In this document: piece after piece, positions 55,067-63,890 of the stretch
Layout of the letters: every line of letters begins with the position of its first letter
How positions within the stretch are numbered: the stretch's first letter is position 1
Assembly (NCBI GenBank): GCA_030600545.1
Contig: JAUVLV010000002.1
Coordinates: 241 to 64,240, forward strand
Origin: Candidatus Aegiribacteria sp.
GTDB lineage: Bacteria > Fermentibacterota > Fermentibacteria > Fermentibacterales > JCC-6
Direction: 5' to 3'
Length of the DNA: 64,000 nt
Program-made: the position numbers and the translations under genes
The notes under the pieces: model-generated
Databases searched by the model: none
The model's input: only the letters and a program-made list of their open reading frames with translations
What the model was told of the DNA's origin: nothing

Positions 55067-55974
55067 CGTTCGTCTACCTTGTTGTTTTCGGATTCGCAGC
55101 TACGGCTCTTCTCGGTCTGATAACCAGCTGGATTGACAGAAAAGTTACCGCAAGGGTTCAATACAGGGCAGGTCCCCCATTCCTTCAGCCTTTTTACGAT
55201 ATAGTAAAGCTTCTTGGAAAAGAAACCCTTATACCTGCGGGGGCTTCAAAGGGTGCGTTTCTCATTGCTCCGGTTATTGGAATTTCAGGTGTGATAGTGG
55301 TTTCTACGCTTTTCTGGGTTAATCAGTTCTTCTCCGAGGGTTTCATGGGAGACTGGATCGTGGCTATGTATCTTCTAACAGTTCCCTCACTCAGTTTAAT
55401 TCTAGGCGGATTCGCTTCAGGAAATCCTCTTGCAAGTCTGGGAGCTTCAAGGGAGATGAAGCTTGTTATCGCGTACGAACTCCCCTTCATACTTGTAGCT
55501 CTGGTTCCGGTAATCAGCGCACATTCCATTCGTCTTGGTGATATTATCAATGTTCAGGCAGGGGGAGTATTTGCCGGCAGCATATCCGGCATACTGGCTT
55601 TGATAGTTGCCATTCTATGTGTTCAGGCAAAGCTCGCACTGGTTCCCTTTGACATCCCAGAAGCCGAAACGGAAATTGTAGAGGGTCCGATTGTGGAATA
55701 CTCAGGCCCCGGGCTTGCCATGTTCAAATTGATGAAGAACATGCTTCTATTTGTTCTTCCGTTCTTCCTGATTATTCTCTTCTTCGGAGGGCTTCGATTC
55801 GACGGAATAAACATTCTCTGGACCGTTCTTGAATACTTGGGAATTGTAGCAATAATTACAGTTATCCGTAATACCAATCCCAGGGTTCGGATAGATCAGG
55901 CTGTTAGATTTTTCTGGGGACCTATGACATTGTTAGCTATTGTTGCCGTTATATTGGCACTTAAAGGTTTATAG
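55063..55974 (+). CDS. Membrane subunit, NuoH/HycD/MbhM family
   Basis: The motif is RKVTARVQYRAGPPFLQPFYDIVKLLGKE, and the protein is multi-pass hydrophobic. Confidence 0.8.
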   Translation: MTFVYLVVFGFAATALLGLITSWIDRKVTARVQYRAGPPFLQPFYDIVKLLGKETLIPAGASKGAFLIAPVIGISGVIVVSTLFWVNQFFSEGFMGDWIVAMYLLTVPSLSLILGGFASGNPLASLGASREMKLVIAYELPFILVALVPVISAHSIRLGDIINVQAGGVFAGSISGILALIVAILCVQAKLALVPFDIPEAETEIVEGPIVEYSGPGLAMFKLMKNMLLFVLPFFLIILFFGGLRFDGINILWTVLEYLGIVAIITVIRNTNPRVRIDQAVRFFWGPMTLLAIVAVILALKGL

Positions 55975-55995
55975 AAGGGTAAGGCTGCAACTGTA

Positions 55996-56421
55996 ATGAG
56001 CCTGAAGCTAAAAGCACTTCTGAAATCACCGTGGGTGTTTCATCTGTCTACCGGCAGCTGCAACAACTGTGATATTGAAATTCTGGACTGTCTTACCCCC
56101 AGGTTCGATCTTGAACGGTTCGGAATGCTATTGGTGGGAAGCATCAAACATGCTGATGTTCTTCTCGTTACCGGTTCGTGCAACAGGATGTCCGTTGAGC
56201 GGCTGAAAGAACTTTACAAACAGGTTCCGCAGCCATGCCTGGTGGTTGCCGTAGGAACGTGTGCGGCGTCCAGGGGGATATTCAAGGACAGTTATAACTG
56301 CCCCGTACCGCTTGATAAGATAATACCGGTCGATGTCTACATACCCGGCTGTCCACCTAAACCTGAAGCGATGATCGCAGGTGTAGTAAAATTGATTGAG
56401 AAAGTTGGCGGCGCCAAATGA
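55996..56421 (+). CDS. Group-4 hydrogenase small subunit, NuoB/MbhJ family
   Basis: The four proximal-cluster cysteines are at CNNCDIE, GTCAASRG and IPGCPPKPEA. Length is 141 aa. Confidence 0.85.
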   Translation: MSLKLKALLKSPWVFHLSTGSCNNCDIEILDCLTPRFDLERFGMLLVGSIKHADVLLVTGSCNRMSVERLKELYKQVPQPCLVVAVGTCAASRGIFKDSYNCPVPLDKIIPVDVYIPGCPPKPEAMIAGVVKLIEKVGGAK

Positions 56422-56891
56422 CAAGAGAAGAAGTACTTATGGATTTCACAAGCCGTTTTAACGAAGATATACTTGATTTTGAAGACAAATCTAACACTCG
56501 CGTATATGTTAATATCAAACCTGAGGCAATTGTCAGAATCGGAACCTATCTGTTCAGAAATGTTAATGCCAGGTTCAATATAGCCAGTGCTACTGACATG
56601 CCTCCCAACATTGAAATTCTATACCATTTCATCGTTGAGGATATCAATCTGGTTATTTCACTTCGAGTTTTTCTCAACAGGGAGAATCCTGAGATCGAGT
56701 CTCTTGGAAAAGAGATTGAAGCTTTCAACTGGATAGAGAGAGAAATGAGCGAGCTGCTGGGAATAACCTTCATCGGCCACCCTGACCCAAGGAGACTTTT
56801 ACTTGCCGACAACTGGCCGGAATGTGTATATCCCCTGAGACAGGATTATGAGGAGTGGGATGAGAAAGCCGACAGGACAAGGGGTGTGTAA
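56418..56891 (+). CDS. NuoC/MbhK-family subunit
   Basis: The motif is NWIEREMSELLGITFIGHPDPRRLLL. Length is 157 aa. Confidence 0.75.
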   Translation: MTREEVLMDFTSRFNEDILDFEDKSNTRVYVNIKPEAIVRIGTYLFRNVNARFNIASATDMPPNIEILYHFIVEDINLVISLRVFLNRENPEIESLGKEIEAFNWIEREMSELLGITFIGHPDPRRLLLADNWPECVYPLRQDYEEWDEKADRTRGV

Positions 56892-58075
56892 TGGGTAAAA
56901 CAATAATACCTATAGGCCCGTACCATCCTCTTCAGGAAGAACCGGAATTTTTCACCCTTACCGTTGAGGGCGAGACGGTTATTGATATCGATATGAGAAT
57001 GGGTTACAACCACAGAGGCATCGAGAAGCTGTCCGAAAGAAAAACATTCGAGAACAGCACTTTCGTAGTTGAGAGGATCTGCGGCATCTGTTCCACAAGC
57101 CATCCATACGCCTATACAAGGGCGGTTGAAGATATTTTTCCGATGGAAGTATCAATGAGGTCCAAGTACATAAGAACCATTATAGCTGAAGGCGAGAGGA
57201 TCCATTCACACCTTCTCTGGTTGGGTCTTGCAGGACATTTCCTGGGTTACAACACTGTTTACATGTGGGCCTGGAAACTACGCGAGGAAATCCTTGACGT
57301 CATGGAGATACTTTCAGGCAACAGGAATGCCTATGCCATGTTCAAACCCGGTGGCGTCCGCAGAGACATAAAGCCTGAGGATGTTCCATTATCTGTAAAG
57401 AAGATCGATTCCATACTCCCAACCCTTGATATGATTAAGAAAGCCGTTCTTGACGATCCAGTTCTCCACGCCAGACTCAAGGGTGTCGGCGTTCTGAGTT
57501 ACCAGGAAGCCATTGACTTCAGTGCGCTGGGTCCTACATCCAGGGCATCTGGTGTTGCCCGTGATGTGAGAAAGGATTCCCCCTACGGCGCATACCAGGA
57601 GATGGAATGGGACATGATAGTTACCGAGAACGGTGATGTTTTCGATAAGGCTGTTGTTCGAATTCTCGAGATGTTCGAAGCTGCGAAGATAATGAAATAC
57701 TGTCTTAACAATCTCCCGGATGGCGAGATAGACGCGAAGATAAAAGATGTTCCTCCCGGCGAGGGAATAGGTCATGTAGAAGCTCCAAGGGGTGAGACTT
57801 TCCATTATGTGAAAAGCGATGGAACTAACAGACCCATTCGGCACAAAGTACGTGCTCCGACATTCATGAACCTTCCTACTTACAAGGCGACCGTGAAGGG
57901 TCAGACGATTTCAGACGCAACTATAATCCTTGCCGCAATTGATCCGTGCTACTGCTGTACCGAAAGAATAGCTGTAAAGGATGCTAAAGGCAGGATGCTT
58001 TACGACGGGAAGGATCTTGTACAGCTCAGCCGTGAGAAAACCGCGAAGATGAAACGGAGGATGGGTGTCAGATGA
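56891..58075 (+). CDS. [NiFe]-hydrogenase large subunit, group 4 (NuoD/MbhL/EchE family)
   Basis: The N-terminal ligand motif is RICGICSTSH (Cys codons at 57080 and 57089). The C-terminal motif is DPCYCCTER (Cys codons at 57947 and 57956). A 35-aa tail follows. Confidence 0.85.
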   Translation: MGKTIIPIGPYHPLQEEPEFFTLTVEGETVIDIDMRMGYNHRGIEKLSERKTFENSTFVVERICGICSTSHPYAYTRAVEDIFPMEVSMRSKYIRTIIAEGERIHSHLLWLGLAGHFLGYNTVYMWAWKLREEILDVMEILSGNRNAYAMFKPGGVRRDIKPEDVPLSVKKIDSILPTLDMIKKAVLDDPVLHARLKGVGVLSYQEAIDFSALGPTSRASGVARDVRKDSPYGAYQEMEWDMIVTENGDVFDKAVVRILEMFEAAKIMKYCLNNLPDGEIDAKIKDVPPGEGIGHVEAPRGETFHYVKSDGTNRPIRHKVRAPTFMNLPTYKATVKGQTISDATIILAAIDPCYCCTERIAVKDAKGRMLYDGKDLVQLSREKTAKMKRRMGVR

Positions 58076-59775
58076 GTTTTAATCTGATAATAGATGCCCT
58101 TAAAAACCCGAACGGCTATTTCGCCAGCACTCCTCTATCACTCCTTTGTGCGCTGTTTGCCGCCATGTTCTTCATATTCACGGTTATTTACTCCATGAAG
58201 CACATGAAAGGCCGTAGCGGCCTATGGCGCTATTATTTCTATCTATTGGCCACTTTTATTTCTACGCTTGGTGTACTGCTTACCAACAATTTCATCGTTC
58301 TTCTGGTTTTCTGGGGTTTCCTTGGACTGCTCCTTTACCTTCTAATTGGTTTTGGCAGACGGGAAGGAACGCCTGAAACTGCACGAAAGACACTGGTAAT
58401 AGTTGGAGGAACCGATGTCCTGATGCTTTTAGGGATAGTTTTAATCTGGAAGCTTACTGCCGGCTCCTCCGGGCTACCAGGACTGTTTTCAATGCCTATC
58501 ATCAGCGGTATGAAAATACAGCTTGATGGAACGGTTTCAATTGTTGCGTATATCTGCCTTGCATCTGCAGCGTTTGCCAAAGCAGGAGCGATGCCCTTTC
58601 ATACCTGGGTTCCGGATGCAGCGGAAAATGCTCCAACACCTGTTGCTGCGTATCTTCCAGCCTCACTCGACAAACTACTCGGAATTTATTTCCTGACCCG
58701 GATAACTCTTGATGTATTTGTGATGACACCGACCATGAATACAATCCTTATGGCTCTGGGAAGTATTACTATCATTGCAGCTGTAATGATGGCACTTATT
58801 CAGCACGATCTGAAACGTCTGTTAGGGTATCATGCAGTCAGCCAGGTGGGATATATGGTTCTTGGAATAGGTACAGGTAATCCGATAGGGATTGCAGGTG
58901 CGCTTTTTCACATGTTCAACCATGCTATCTACAAGTCCTGTCTGTTTCTGGCAGGTGGTGCAGCTGAAAGAAAGGCAGGCACGAGTAATCTCGCGAAGAT
59001 GGGGGGGCTGGTAAAGTCAATACCTCTTGTATTTGTTACATTCCTTATAGCTTCTCTGGCAATCTCAGGAGTGCCTCCTATGAATGGGTTTGCATCGAAA
59101 TGGCTTGTATACCAGGGAGTTATTGAATCAGGCGGCTCATTATGGGTTCTCTGGCTTATCGTAGCAATGTTTGGAAGTGCTCTTACTCTTGCGAGTTTCA
59201 TGAAATTGATACATGCCGTTTTCCTTGGTCAGCCTTCAGAGGGAGTGAAAAAGATTCTTTCCAAAGAGAAGAAGGGAACGGGACTCTTAATGGGAATACC
59301 TCTTGTGGTACTTTCCATGCTCTGTATCGTTCTTGGGGTATTTGCCTGGAAGATACCGTTCGGAGAGTACTTCAGCCCTGAAATAAGTGGACAGGTGAAT
59401 TATCTTGGCATATGGCAGTCCGGGCTTGCCACACTGATGATAATAGCCGGGATGGTGATTGGATCCCTGATATACCTTGCAGGCACGATGAAGAAGGCAA
59501 GAATTGTGGCTCCTTTCATAGGTGGCGAAAAATTTGAGAAAAATCCTGATATGCGAGTATCCGGTGTTGATTTCTACAAGACCGTTAAGGACATCGGTAT
59601 TCTTAAGTTTATATACAGACTTGCCGAGAAGAAGCTGTTCGACCTGTACGAAGTGTCAATGAAAATTGTTGCCGGATTTGGCATAGTTTTATCTTTCATG
59701 CATAATGGCATACTTTCCAGATATTTTCTCTGGTTTGTCGTTGGGCTTGTGGTATTGTGCATAATGCTGATCTGA
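58072..59775 (+). CDS. Antiporter-like membrane subunit (NuoL/MrpA/MbhH family), 567 aa
   Basis: The proton-conducting transporter motifs are GAMPFHTWVPDAAENAPTPVAAYL and HMFNHAIYKSCLFLAGG. A C-terminal amphipathic extension is present. Confidence 0.8.
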   Translation: MSFNLIIDALKNPNGYFASTPLSLLCALFAAMFFIFTVIYSMKHMKGRSGLWRYYFYLLATFISTLGVLLTNNFIVLLVFWGFLGLLLYLLIGFGRREGTPETARKTLVIVGGTDVLMLLGIVLIWKLTAGSSGLPGLFSMPIISGMKIQLDGTVSIVAYICLASAAFAKAGAMPFHTWVPDAAENAPTPVAAYLPASLDKLLGIYFLTRITLDVFVMTPTMNTILMALGSITIIAAVMMALIQHDLKRLLGYHAVSQVGYMVLGIGTGNPIGIAGALFHMFNHAIYKSCLFLAGGAAERKAGTSNLAKMGGLVKSIPLVFVTFLIASLAISGVPPMNGFASKWLVYQGVIESGGSLWVLWLIVAMFGSALTLASFMKLIHAVFLGQPSEGVKKILSKEKKGTGLLMGIPLVVLSMLCIVLGVFAWKIPFGEYFSPEISGQVNYLGIWQSGLATLMIIAGMVIGSLIYLAGTMKKARIVAPFIGGEKFEKNPDMRVSGVDFYKTVKDIGILKFIYRLAEKKLFDLYEVSMKIVAGFGIVLSFMHNGILSRYFLWFVVGLVVLCIMLI

Positions 59776-59788
59776 TTGGGTTTGGAAT

Positions 59789-60337
59789 ATGATTGAATTA
59801 TACGTACTTCTGGGTTTGATGATCGCTGGAGCGATAATAGCGATAGAGGTGAAGAACCTTCTGTCAGCTGTTGTGGCTGTAGGTATCGTGGGGCTTGGAC
59901 TATCTGTCATTTTCCTTTTACTGAAGGCACCGGATGTGGCAATTACACAGATTGTGGTTGAAATTGCAGCTGTAATACTTCTCATAAGGGCAACGCTTCA
60001 TAGAGAAATTGCCTTGAAATCATGTGGAAGCAGGCCCTTCGGAGCTCTTATGGGGATTATATTCCTCGGCCTTGCTGTTATCGCAGCATTTGCAACGTTC
60101 AGCAGCGGCCTTTCTCCATTTGGAGAACCTTTGATGACTGTCTCGAGTTTCTATCCCATGAATGCCATCTCCGGAACAGGGGCTACTAATGTTGTAACCT
60201 CTGTAATTCTTGACTATCGAGCCTACGATACTCTTGGAGAGGCTACAGTGCTTTTTACCGCCGTAATTGGTGTACTGACCGTTATGCGAAGCGTTGGTAA
60301 GAAAAAAGAGGAAGATTTGCAGGAGAACAATGAGTAA
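59789..60337 (+). CDS. MbhD (DUF4040)-like fused to the N-terminal part of MnhB/MbhE
   Basis: The motifs are APDVAITQIVVEIAAVILLI and NVVTSVILDYRAYDTLGEATVLFTAV. Confidence 0.65.
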   Translation: MIELYVLLGLMIAGAIIAIEVKNLLSAVVAVGIVGLGLSVIFLLLKAPDVAITQIVVEIAAVILLIRATLHREIALKSCGSRPFGALMGIIFLGLAVIAAFATFSSGLSPFGEPLMTVSSFYPMNAISGTGATNVVTSVILDYRAYDTLGEATVLFTAVIGVLTVMRSVGKKKEEDLQENNE

Positions 60338-60785
60338 AGAACATGAACATGGAATGACTGTCATTGTAAAAACGGTAACAAGGCTTACCGTTGGTCTGAT
60401 ATTCCTATACGGGATTTACATCATTCTGCACGGGCATCTTACGCCCGGTGGAGGATTCGCCGGCGGGGTTATCATAGCACTCTCTTTCATGAACCTTGAC
60501 CTGGCCTTCGGCGGCAGCGTTTCCGCGAAGGTATTCTCGAAGGGAAGCACCGGTGTTGTCGAGGCGCTGGGGGCTGTCATGTTCCTTGCTCTGGCTCTCA
60601 TTGGACTGAGATATGGAGGGTTTTTTGATAACTTCCTCCATCCGGATGGAGACCCTGGACAGCTTGTAAGTGCCGGTATAATACCCCTTGAGAACATTGC
60701 CATCAGCCTGAAGGTTGGTGCCGGTCTGTTCGGTATTTTCCTTACTTTGATAGTACTGCAGAAATTTGAATCGGAGAAGAAGTAA
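60330..60785 (+). CDS. MrpB/MnhB-domain subunit (MbhF-like)
   Basis: The motif is HGHLTPGGGFAGGVIIAL. The ATG at 60330 is preceded by AGGAGA and overlaps the upstream gene by 8 nt. Confidence 0.7.
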   Translation: MSKEHEHGMTVIVKTVTRLTVGLIFLYGIYIILHGHLTPGGGFAGGVIIALSFMNLDLAFGGSVSAKVFSKGSTGVVEALGAVMFLALALIGLRYGGFFDNFLHPDGDPGQLVSAGIIPLENIAISLKVGAGLFGIFLTLIVLQKFESEKK

Positions 60786-61138
60786 TGAACGCGTATATGC
60801 CCTATGTCCTCTGCACTGTACTCTTCTGTATCGGTATCTACGCAATACTCTCGAAAAAGAATATCATCAAGATCATACTGGGAGTCGTGATAGCGGAGTA
60901 CGCTGTAAACCTTTTTCTTGTTCTTGTGGCCTACAAGGCAGGAGGAAGAGCAGCGATATTCTCAGAGACAGAGGTTATTTATCCCGAATCAATGGTCGAT
61001 CCGCTTCCACATGCTCTTGTTCTTACATCCATAGTGATTGGGCTCGCGACAACAGCTTTTCTTATTGCTTTGGCCATACGACTGTACGGTAAATACGGAA
61101 CCTTTGATGTAACCAGAATGCGGGAGCTAAGAGGATGA
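60785..61138 (+). CDS. MrpC/MnhC (NuoK-like) subunit
   Basis: It is 117 aa with three TM segments. The motif is FCIGIYAILSKKNIIKIILGVVIAEYAVNLF. Confidence 0.75.
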   Translation: MNAYMPYVLCTVLFCIGIYAILSKKNIIKIILGVVIAEYAVNLFLVLVAYKAGGRAAIFSETEVIYPESMVDPLPHALVLTSIVIGLATTAFLIALAIRLYGKYGTFDVTRMRELRG

Positions 61139-62628
61139 TAAGTGAAAATATAATACCTCTTTTTGTAGCGATCCCGCTTGCAGGGGCTTTCCTGACTGTT
61201 CTTTTTAAGAGAATAAAGGGAATTCCCGATACTCTTGGCGTTATGGCTTCTGCAGGAGCATTCGCTCTTTCCATCCTGTTTGTTCTGAAGATGGAAATTG
61301 GTCAGAGGATAATCTACAACGTTGGTAACTGGGGCGGATTCCAGGAGGTACTGGGAAAAATAGTTGGCATTCAGCTGGTTGTTGATGGATTAACAACTTT
61401 TATGCTGGTAACGGTCAACCTGATAGCGTTTCTTGTGGCTGTATACTCTATCAGTTACATGACCAGATATACCGAGAAATGGCAGTTCTATTCTCTATTC
61501 CTTCTTATGCTTGCTGGAATGAATGGCGTCCTGATTACAGGTGATATGTTCAATCTCTTTGTTTTCGTTGAGATAGCTTCCCTGGCAAGTTATGCACTGG
61601 TAGCGTTCGGCACCGAAAAACGGGAACTTGAAGCCTCATTCAAATACGCTGTTATGGGTGGTATAGCTTCGCTTCTGATACTGTTGGGAGTGATCTTCCT
61701 CTACAGCAATACAGGCACGCTTAACATGGGAAACATGGCAAAGATCCTGGACAGTTCTGAGGAGCCCGTTCTGATATATCTGGTATTCGGTCTTTTCCTT
61801 GCGGGATTTGGTCTCAAGGCAGCGATAATTCCATTTCATGCGTGGCTTCCCGATGCTCATCCATCTGCTCCCGCTCCTATTTCCGCAATGCTTTCCGGAG
61901 TTCTCATCAAAGCGCTGGGAGTCTATACACTCGTACGAGTATTCTACTGTGTATTCGGTTTCCCTGAGCAGGTATCCTCCATTTTTATGACTCTGGGAGC
62001 ACTCTCAATGATCATTGCTGTACTTCTCGCTCTCAAGCAGTGGGACATGAAACGTCTGCTCGCGTATCATTCGATCAGTCAGATTGGTTATATCATACTC
62101 GGGTTTGGTATTGGATCGCATCTGGGCATAATGGGTGGCCTTCTGCATTTATTCAACCACTCGGTATTCAAATCTCTTCTTTTCCTCAATGCCGGATCAC
62201 TGGAGTATGCTACCGGAACCAGGAATCTCAAGGAAATGGGTGGTTTGACCAAACAAATGCCTGTTACCAGTTGGACAACACTGTCAGCCTCTATGTCGAT
62301 TTCGGGTGTACCACCTTTTGCAGGATTCTGGAGCAAACTTATCATTATTCTGGCATGCATTGAGAGAGGATTATGGTTCTATGCGATAATTGCTGTACTC
62401 GCAAGTATTCTTACTCTTGCATCCTTCATGAAAGTAACAAGGTATGCTTTCCTGGGAGATATTCGGAAAAAGCTCAGAAATGTTGTCGAAGTTCCCGTTC
62501 CTATGCGGATTGTGATGATCATTCTTGCGATTATGTGCATATTTGGTGGGGTTCTTTTACTACCCGGAGTTCGGCAGGGGTTCCTGGACCAGGCTGTTGA
62601 AGTTCTTTCCGGTGTGAGAGGGGTGTAG
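61135..62628 (+). CDS. MrpD/NuoN-like antiporter subunit, 497 aa
   Basis: The motifs are AAIIPFHAWLPDAHPSAPAPISAMLSG and HLFNHSVFKSLLFLNAG. Confidence 0.85.
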   Translation: MISENIIPLFVAIPLAGAFLTVLFKRIKGIPDTLGVMASAGAFALSILFVLKMEIGQRIIYNVGNWGGFQEVLGKIVGIQLVVDGLTTFMLVTVNLIAFLVAVYSISYMTRYTEKWQFYSLFLLMLAGMNGVLITGDMFNLFVFVEIASLASYALVAFGTEKRELEASFKYAVMGGIASLLILLGVIFLYSNTGTLNMGNMAKILDSSEEPVLIYLVFGLFLAGFGLKAAIIPFHAWLPDAHPSAPAPISAMLSGVLIKALGVYTLVRVFYCVFGFPEQVSSIFMTLGALSMIIAVLLALKQWDMKRLLAYHSISQIGYIILGFGIGSHLGIMGGLLHLFNHSVFKSLLFLNAGSLEYATGTRNLKEMGGLTKQMPVTSWTTLSASMSISGVPPFAGFWSKLIIILACIERGLWFYAIIAVLASILTLASFMKVTRYAFLGDIRKKLRNVVEVPVPMRIVMIILAIMCIFGGVLLLPGVRQGFLDQAVEVLSGVRGV

Positions 62629-62636
62629 TAGGAATT

Positions 62637-63149
62637 ATGAAGAGCCGAATTATCATGTTCGTAGTAGCCTTCGTAGTATGGTGCATCCTTTGCTGGATAC
62701 CGGATATACAACAACTGATTGCAGGGGCGGTTGTATCTCTGATCGTTGCCGCCGTTATGGGCTCGATGTTCGTCACAAGGCCGCATATGTTCTTCAATCC
62801 GATTCGGATATTCTATTTCCTGTTCTGGTACATTCCCGTATTCATCTGGGAGCTTATAAAGGCCAATTTCGATGTCGCGTATCGTGTCATTCATCCCTCA
62901 ATGCCGATAAAGCCAGGTATAGTAAGGCTCAAAACAGAGCTGAAATCTGACACAGGACTGACTTTCCTGGCAAATTCAATAACACTGACCCCAGGCACGC
63001 TTACAGTCGACATAGATCAGGATAACGGTATTCTATACATTCACTGGATTAACGTTGTGGGCTCCGATCCGGAAACAACGTTCCGGGAGATAGGAAGCCG
63101 ATTTGAACCGATGCTTAAGAAGATTTTCGAAGAAGATGTGGTAAAATAA
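62637..63149 (+). CDS. MrpE/MnhE subunit
   Basis: The motif is ELIKANFDVAYRVIHPSMPIKPGIV ... LANSITLTPGTLTVDID. Confidence 0.7.
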   Translation: MKSRIIMFVVAFVVWCILCWIPDIQQLIAGAVVSLIVAAVMGSMFVTRPHMFFNPIRIFYFLFWYIPVFIWELIKANFDVAYRVIHPSMPIKPGIVRLKTELKSDTGLTFLANSITLTPGTLTVDIDQDNGILYIHWINVVGSDPETTFREIGSRFEPMLKKIFEEDVVK

Positions 63150-63520
63150 TGAAGTTAGCGAGATGGATTGCAGGCACAGTAGTACTGCTGGCGGTTTTTG
63201 TCCTTATTATTGTGCTTCCATTCAAGAGTATCTTTTTTGAGCAGGATACAGGACATATCGGCTTTGCAGGCAGAATGATCTACATACTGATACTCTCCTC
63301 GATCATGGTTCTGTTCAGGATTCTCAGAGGGCCGTCGGCCGCTGACAGGATCGTTGCCATTGATATTTTCGGTATACTGATCGTCGGCCTCTGCGCAGTA
63401 CTCAGTATAGCTACGGGCCGTTCATGGTACATTGACATCGGTATCGCCTGGGGGCTTCAGAGCTTCATCGGCACACTGGCTCTTGCCAAGTATCTGGAGG
63501 GAAGAAGCTTCGATGATTGA
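63149..63520 (+). CDS. MrpF/MnhF subunit
   Basis: The motif is RILRGPSAADRIVAIDIFGILIV. Confidence 0.7.
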   Translation: MKLARWIAGTVVLLAVFVLIIVLPFKSIFFEQDTGHIGFAGRMIYILILSSIMVLFRILRGPSAADRIVAIDIFGILIVGLCAVLSIATGRSWYIDIGIAWGLQSFIGTLALAKYLEGRSFDD

Positions 63521-63851
63521 TATAATAGGAATGATATTTGTTGGAGTAGGAGTAGCTTTTGATGTCCTTGGCTGCCTTGGCCTTGTAAGACTTCCGGATG
63601 TTTACAACAGGCTTCAGGCCGCCACCAAGTGCGTAACACTGGGAACATGCAGCATTTTGTTCGGAACGTTCCTTATATCGGGCGGATTTACATCAACAGG
63701 TTTCAAGGCTCTTTTAGCAATTGTTTTCATTGTTCTAACATCACCAGTGTCGGCACACGCGGTTTCGCGCGGTGCGCACAGGGCCGGGCTCAAACTCTGG
63801 GATAAGAGCGTGATAGACAGTTATGCGGAAGACAAAGAAGGAGAAAAATAG
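63513..63851 (+). CDS. MrpG/MnhG subunit
   Basis: The motif is GCLGLVRLPDVYNRLQAATKCVTLG. I take the ATG at 63513 as the start; the ORF-track extension upstream lies inside mrpF. Confidence 0.75.
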   Translation: MIDIIGMIFVGVGVAFDVLGCLGLVRLPDVYNRLQAATKCVTLGTCSILFGTFLISGGFTSTGFKALLAIVFIVLTSPVSAHAVSRGAHRAGLKLWDKSVIDSYAEDKEGEK

Positions 63852-63890
63852 AATAGCGGATTGCGGAAGCGATTCGTTACGGATGGAAAT

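Noticed and set aside
56891-58075. Reading the cluster as a non-hydrogenase relative: an Mbx/MBS sulfane reductase, an Ehr complex or a Nuo fragment.
   Set aside because: Both CxxC ligand pairs of the [NiFe] site are intact in the NuoD-like subunit, and the NuoB-like subunit keeps four cluster cysteines. Phylogeny would still be needed to be certain.
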